A DNA stretch of 64,000 nucleotides. Origin: Octopus vulgaris. Lineage: Eukaryota. The notes beneath the pieces were generated by a model. The model made no database searches. It saw only the letters and a program-made list of their open reading frames with translations, and was not told where the DNA came from. Location of the stretch: assembly GCA_951406725.2 (NCBI GenBank), contig OX597839.1, positions 4,836,001 through 4,900,000 of the forward strand, read 5' to 3'. The translations under genes were made by a program, and so were the position numbers. Below are positions 56,113 to 64,000 of the stretch, one piece after another (positions within the stretch are counted from its first letter, which is position 1; each line of letters opens with the position of its first letter).

Positions 56113-56312
56113 TGTAACGGAAGGTTTACGAAAATAGACAAAAGACGAAGGCAGGTGGAGTTACAAACAAACAATTGTATTAGTATGGCGCTCAGGAATA
56201 GAAATAAAACAAGTCTTTTACGTTTCGAGCCTTCGCTCTTCGACAGAAAGATACACAGAAAAGAAACAAGGAGAGAAAAAAAAGCGTGTAGGAGCTAACG
56301 ATCCAACATGGC
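56113..56312 (-). mobile_element. PLE-type terminal fragment (same family as 60147-60312)
   Basis: gtttacgaaaa...caaaagacgaag-caggtgg...tgtattagtat--cgctcaggaatagaaa...aagtcttttacgtttcgagcct shared by both copies. Both lie in (TA)n. Confidence 0.7.
56214..56251 (-). ncRNA. Ultra-minimal hammerhead-like motif (variant core)
   Basis: UCUUU-CUGUCGA-A-GAGC-GAAG-GCUC-GAAA-C-GUA-AAAGA: 5-bp stem I, 4-bp stem II, stem III reduced to the palindrome ACGU, and A6 replaced by U. Confidence 0.55.
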
Positions 56313-56347
56313 GTATGTATATATGTATATAGATATGTATATAAATG

Positions 56348-56384
<37 letters not shown>

Positions 56385-56407
56385 GTATATATAAATATAT
56401 ATATATG

Positions 56408-56438
<31 letters not shown>

Positions 56439-56439
56439 G

Positions 56440-56504
<65 letters not shown>

Positions 56505-56612
56505 ATGTATATATATATATATATAGTGCAACATTATCTCAGTTTAGTCACACTGCGCTTCCCGTATTTTTGTTGAAAGAAACTGAAAGAACCCATCGTA
56601 TATATGTATATG

Positions 56613-57090
56613 CAGGCTGTCTTAAAAAATTACTGGCTCTTTAAATGATTATAATTGCATTATTTATTGATTAGCAAACAAGATTAATGTTGAAATGCAT
56701 AAATAGAGAAATGGGCCGATTTCCAAACACAGCCGATAACGCTGAATAATGGATTTAACAGCGTTATGAAACTGTTCATTTCCGCGAGGCATTGACCTCC
56801 ATTGACTATTGCTGGTTTTTAACCGTAAGCCCCATCTTTGAGATATCCGCATAAAAAATGGCTAATGGAGTGATATCTGTTGAACCCTCAAGGAATTCAT
56901 CCTAATACGCAGATTTTTAGGAGCCCAAAAGGTGCAACTGTGTCGTTTAATTGAGCAAATTATATCAAAGCTAGCCTCATTGCTCTAAACAATTTTAGAT
57001 GGAAATACTGAAATACTGAATCTTCCTCGCATTTTTCCAGATACTACGCATAAAATTCTGGTCTACGGCCAGGATTTAGACCGCGAATTA
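56613..57090 (-). pseudogene. Internally deleted Tc1/mariner (D,D,D-type) transposase relic
   Basis: - strand: [17 protein letters not shown] (56984-56967; cf. WSDEA), IKRHSCTFWAPKN (cf. NRHNC.YW..ENP), STDITPL (56883-56863), FLCGYLKD (cf. SPDLTPLDFFLWGYLK), SIIQRYRLCL. TIR-like caggctgtc at 56613. Confidence 0.78.
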
Positions 57091-57318
57091 ATGATAGCGT
57101 TTAGCATTTCCAATGAACTCGCTGCCAGATGCGATGGGGGCTTGATTTTGGGATTCCTGTCTCACGGGCCATTTGTCATGCAGACTTCCGGGGGATCGAT
57201 TGTTGTGTCTGGGGAGAGTCTTTCTCTTTTACTTGCCTTATTATTTAACACACCGTTTGAGCTTTTTTCTAAAGGTTGCGTTGCGTCCTGTAGCCTTTTC
57301 AATAGTTGTAGTGTATAT

Positions 57319-57355
<37 letters not shown>

Positions 57356-57376
57356 GAAGCATACATATATATACAA

Positions 57377-57422
<46 letters not shown>

Positions 57423-57632
57423 GCGCCGCAAAGATACAAATTTACATATATTTATATGTATATAAATACACATATACATATATTATATATATATATGTAT
57501 GCATATACACACACATATATAAATAAATATATAAATAATTTATATGAATATATATATGCATATGCACAAACATAAACATGTTTATATACAAATATATATA
57601 CATGATTATGCACGTATATATATATATATACA

Positions 57633-57699
<67 letters not shown>

Positions 57700-57949
57700 A
57701 ATGTCCAAGTAGAATGAGAGAAAAAAGAGGCTGAGAGAAGTGTAGTGAGAATGTGTGTGTATGTGTGCGTGTCTGAGGTAACTGCTGTGTGTATGCAGAC
57801 CTGTCTACCATTAAGCTTTCACATATATCATTGAAAAGAATGTACTTGTTAACCTCAGCGACGACGAAAATCAATCTCGGAGATGATAAGCTTGTTATGT
57901 TGATAGGAATGTTCACAAAGCTTTCCTAATGAACATATCATACCATTTG

Positions 57950-58958
<1,009 letters not shown>

Positions 58959-59056
58959 CAGACATACACACAAATATGACAGAAGTAAATAGACCCTCTT
59001 ATAATCCTTTAAATTAATTTAAATCTGAATTTATACATTCAAATTATTTATCACCT

Positions 59057-59356
59057 GTTGCTGTGACCCCCTTCGGTCATGACTGAACATGGGATTGCAC
59101 CTTTCAAGGCACAAGTCCAGGCAAGTTTGTTTATGGAAGACCAACAGTAGTCGCCCATGCATACCAGCCTTCCCTCTCCACGCCACCAGTGTTATCCAAA
59201 GGAAAGCCAAAGGGGCCGATACAGCTTGGCACCTGTGACGTCGCAACTTATTTCTACAGCTGAGTGAACTGCGCAACATGAAATAAAGTGTCTTGCTCAA
59301 GAACACACCACGCAGCCCGGTCCGGGATTCGAACTCACTGAGCCATGCGCCTTCAC
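59057..59356 (-). mobile_element. SINE family D
   Basis: Reverse complement contains gagttcgaatccc and gttcttgagcaagacactttatttca; matches 2955-3220. Confidence 0.82.
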
Positions 59357-59380
59357 TATTAACTGCTATAATGTGAATAT

Positions 59381-59707
59381 GTAATATTTACTAAACATGC
59401 CCTCTGCATTTTTCAATGCAAGGGCCCTATTTGGGATATTACTGATCAGATGACAAATATTCTCTTTCGGAAATTTTTGCTAAGTTTCATGCGGGTATCA
59501 CAAAAGATCTGGCTTTGAAGATGCTTTCTTGTTCTTTTTATGATATGTCCTGTCCATTATGTCCCAGAAGTGTTCAATATCTGGTGGCTGGCTTGACCAT
59601 GGGAGCTTTTTCTTGCCATTTTCATTCAACAAATCTTAGGTCATTTTAGTCGTGAGACAAGGAGCCCCATCTTCTTTTATCATTTCACCACTGGAGAAGA
59701 GTGTCAG
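59381..59707 (-). pseudogene. Tc1-family (DD34E-type) transposase C-terminal relic
   Basis: One frame with 3 stops: EDGAPCLTTKMT*DLLNENGKKKLPWSSQPPDIEHFWDIM...ET*QKFPKENICHLISNIPNRALALKNAEGMFSKY (cf. QDGAPCH, WPSQSPDLNPIEHLW, LI.SMP.R, G..TKY). Confidence 0.85.
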
Positions 59708-59869
59708 TAGATATATGCCCGTGAGTGCGAATGTATGTATGTGTACGTGTGTGTCTGTGTGTCTGTGTGTGAGTGTGTGAAGCTCATAAACACCCGGTTT
59801 CAATACTCCTCATTAGCACATTTTCGTAGGCTCCTGGTTCTTCAGTGTCATGTTATTCTTTTATTCTTA

Positions 59870-60102
59870 TATTCTTTTACATATATTAGTCCTTTTTCAC
59901 TGCAGCCAATCTGGAGCACGGCCTTAAAGGGTTTTTAGCCGAAAACAATCGGCGCTAGGACTTATGCTATTGGACTATTTTGGAAAACCATAATGTTAGG
60001 GGGGGGGCTAACCACACCGACATCGTTTGTCAAGCGTAGGTTGAGGGATTAACACGGACACACAGACGCACACAAATATATACATCCATCCATGCATATA
60101 GA

Positions 60103-60149
<47 letters not shown>

Positions 60150-60493
60150 GGAGAGTTTACGAAAAAACAACAAAAGACGAAGACAGGTGGTGTATAAAAC
60201 AAACAGATGTATTAGTATAACGCTCAGGAATAGAAAAAGTCTTTTACGTTTCGAGCCTACGCTCTTTTACAGAATGGGACACAGAAAACAAGGAGAGAAA
60301 CAAGGAGAGAAATATATATATTATATATGAAAGGCTTCTTTCAACTTTCTTCTATCGAATCGACTCCCAAATCTTTGGTCGGGCCGAGGCTATTGTAGAA
60401 AACTCTTGTCCCAGGTACCACAGAGTAGGACTGAACCCGGAACCATATGCGGTTGGGAAGCAAAGCTCTTACCAAACAGTCACAACTGCGCTT
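59870..60493 (-). mobile_element. Old SINE family C copy split by an insertion in its internal microsatellite
   Basis: 3' half at 59870-60075 and 5' half at 60330-60493 are collinear, separated by (TA)n plus the 60147-60312 fragment. Confidence 0.75.
60147..60312 (-). mobile_element. PLE-type terminal fragment with decayed hammerhead core
   Basis: Homologous to 56113-56312. The - strand reads CUGUAAA-A-GAGC-GUAG-GCUC-GAAAC-GUA. Confidence 0.7.
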
Positions 60494-60926
60494 ACACTGA
60501 AGATTTCTTACCTTTTTTTCACGATTACAGATCTACGTAGTACTCAGCCACTGAGTATACATTTCAATTAGAAGAAAACATAGTTGGGTGAAGAACTACA
60601 ATAGACTTCGAGAAAAGCGATAGATGAATCATTAAAACTTTATACTACATATGCACATACACACAAATCACACAAACACTCGGGCAGACACAAACCTATA
60701 CAAACACTTGTACAGATATACACACAGCACGCACGCATATACGCATGTACACATATGTGTATATATATGCATATACAGACAACAGCATATATATATATAT
60801 ATATATATATGTAATTGTACCTGTTTTGATTGTGTAACCGCGTAAATGGAAAGGTGGCTGGCGCAGGGTGCACAGTTTTGAATATGCATCAGTGAGACAG
60901 GTACCTGATTGCGCAGTTCATTACCG

Positions 60927-61258
60927 TACATACATACCTGCATACATACATGCACACATATATACATACATACATACATACACACATATTCATACATACA
61001 TAAATAAGTGCATATGTGCATAGATATATACATACATATATATTCATACATACATACTTAAGTGCATATATGCATACATACATTCATACATATTCATACA
61101 TACAGACATAAGTGCATATATTCATACATACATAGATACATACATATATACATACATATATATTCATACAGACATACATAAGTGCATATATGCATACATA
61201 CATACATATTCATATATACATACATAAGTGCATATATGTATACATACATATATACATA
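60927..61258. repeat. (ACAT)n-derived minisatellite with recurring taagtgcatat / atattcatac units
   Basis: Directly visible. Confidence 0.85.
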
Positions 61259-61397
61259 TGTGTGTGTATGTGTGTATATATATATCTATTTAATATATAG
61301 ATAATTATGTATGCGCATTAGTAAATATGTATACACACGTGTAGATACATGCATACGTGCATACATAAAAGCACGCACACCCATATATGTATGTATG

Positions 61398-61480
<83 letters not shown>

Positions 61481-61891
61481 GTCTGTATGTATACACACAC
61501 ATATATAAACATCCTAACACCTGGGTACGTTTCCTTATGTTTCCAAGTATGTGAATTTGCTCCTGTACTACCAGTGTGTTTGTGTGAGCGGTGTGTGAAC
61601 GTCTGTCTGTCTGAGACAAAGAGTGTAAGAGATGGAGAGAAGAAGAAAGTAAGAATGAGAGAGAGAGAGAGAGAGAGAGAGAGGGATAAGACTGGGGAAG
61701 TGAGAGATAGGCAGAGTGAGAAAATGTGTATATATCAAGAGCTTGTTGCTAATGAATAATTAGAAACAAAAGCAATGCCTGTAACAGTCACAGTGTAGCG
61801 TGTGGAAACATAATGATATGTATGTAAGGATGCACCCACCGATCTACACCGATCTATGCATGTTTCAATGTCTGAATGCTTAGATATGCTT

Positions 61892-61932
<41 letters not shown>

Positions 61933-62017
61933 CATATCTTCTATACATGTTTCAGTCATTAGACTGCGGTCATGCTTGTGTACCACTTTGAAGAGCTTTA
62001 ACTCAACGAATAGACAG

Positions 62018-62095
<78 letters not shown>

Positions 62096-62298
62096 TATAT
62101 ATATACACATATATATATACATATATAATATACATATATACATATTGGTATATATATATATATTTATATATATACATATAAATATATGTGTATGTGTGTA
62201 TTTATAGATATATGTACACACACACACACGCACATATATATATATATATATATATATACTTATATATATATATATTTATACATACATATGACTATATA

Positions 62299-62338
<40 letters not shown>

Positions 62339-63253
62339 AATATATACATATTGGTATATATATATATACATATATATATACATATAAGTATATATATATG
62401 TGTGTATGTGTGTATCCATAGATATATGTACACACACACACACACATATATATATACATCCACAGATATATATATATCTGTCATACACGTATTTACTTGC
62501 ATATATATATACATATAGGCATGTACACACACACTTATACATACAGTTGTATTTATACCTATTGTTTTGTTCTTTTTACTGTTACATTATAACTCCGTCA
62601 GTTATGTCTGGGTTTCTGAAGCAGTGAAGTTGTTTCCGTCTTTGCTACATTCTTCAGCACAAGATCATAGACGTAATGAGTTCGCTATGTTTGATTACAT
62701 GGTGGATTTTCACCCTACATGCGTCCTCAAGCCCCACCGCAAACCCGACCCTGCTCTACCGCCTTGTAAACTATATGCCTTGCGGTTTTTGTGTTCATGA
62801 ATGCCTTCTAGGGCCGCTGACTAGTCCTACAGCAACTCCACCTCAAAAATACTGCGCCTCATCCTCCGCCTCCTCAGCGTACTACTACTACTACTACTAC
62901 TGCGAATAATAATAATAATAATAATAATAATATTAATAACAACAATAACAACAACAATATTAATGATGATATTTTTAGTAGTAGCAGTACCAGTGGTATC
63001 ATGTTTCTTATGTGTACACACACACACAAACACATATATACATACACACACACATATATACATACACACACACATATATATATATACATACACACACACA
63101 CAAACACACACACATATATATATATATACACATATATACACGCGCACTCACACACACATATATATGTATGTATTTAGGCATGTATATATATAGAGAGAGA
63201 GAAAAAAAGAGAGAGTGAGCGTTAGATATACAGACATATATATATATATACAC

Positions 63254-63294
<41 letters not shown>

Positions 63295-63425
63295 ATACTC
63301 GATAAATTGCACTCACACACACACACACATATAGATAGACATATGCAGAAATAGAAAGGTAGATAAATAGATAGAAAGGTAGAAAAGATAGTCAGACGTA
63401 GTACAGATACATAGACAGACCTATA

Positions 63426-63531
63426 GCTGCTGCTGCTGCTACTACTACTACTACTACTACCACTACTACTACTACTACTACTGATACCACCACCACCACC
63501 ACCACCACTACTACTACTACTACTGATACCA

Positions 63532-63568
<37 letters not shown>

Positions 63569-63580
63569 CACTACCACTAA
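63426..63580. repeat. (CTG)/(CTA)/(CCA)n
   Basis: Directly visible. Confidence 0.95.
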
Positions 63581-64000
63581 TACTCGTAAAATCACTTATT
63601 TCTTTTTCCATGTTGGAAATGTAAGTATACTTCACCTAGCGGCATATAGCACGTTTTTTTCTGATCCAAAACCTGGAGTACATACATTAAGATGTATACG
63701 TGTGGTATATATATATATATATATATGCACACAAATACACACACATACACGCACGCATACACATACATACACACACGCACACACATACACCTAGAAATGA
63801 ATGTGTATGCGCACGTGGTTGTGTCATTGCGTGCTTTTGCGTGTATATATTTGTATGACAGTGTTTGTATTTATGTACATATGATACACGTACATATATC
63901 AATATAAATTTGCATATATCGACATACTTACCAGTACATACACTCAAACACACACACTCTCACTCTGTTTATCTATTACCCTCGTACACACGCATAGTCA

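Noticed and set aside
62567-62909. Two short non-repetitive ORFs
   Set aside because: No recognisable motifs or splice signals.

Overview
Very AT-rich, repeat-saturated eukaryotic DNA. The density of (TA)n/(CA)n/(AAT)n/(GAT)n/(CTA)n/(GAA)n microsatellites and the SINE families present point to an Octopus-type cephalopod genome (recognised from memory, not searched). I can support no intact host gene: nearly all tracked ORFs are translations of microsatellites, so this is most likely intronic or intergenic DNA. Between the simple repeats lie dozens of copies of four tRNA-derived SINE families, labelled A-D here. Decayed coding relics are also present: two Penelope-like elements (PLEs), a Dong/R4 LINE split by two SINEs, a probable RTE LINE, a CR1/L2-group LINE 3' end and two Tc1/mariner transposases, plus two hAT-type MITEs. 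Three signals stand out. (1) Several minimal hammerhead ribozyme motifs sit in PLE-type termini inserted in (TA)n tracts, including two with intact cores, covarying helices and an unusually long stem II domain (24663-24742, 38112-38194). (2) A LINE 3' end and SINE family C share a 39-nt tail whose hairpin shows compensatory changes, suggesting a LINE/SINE partner pair. (3) One SINE head (family B) is joined to four different 3' tails. All alignments, translations and folds were done by eye; boundaries are approximate unless a TSD or TIR is quoted.
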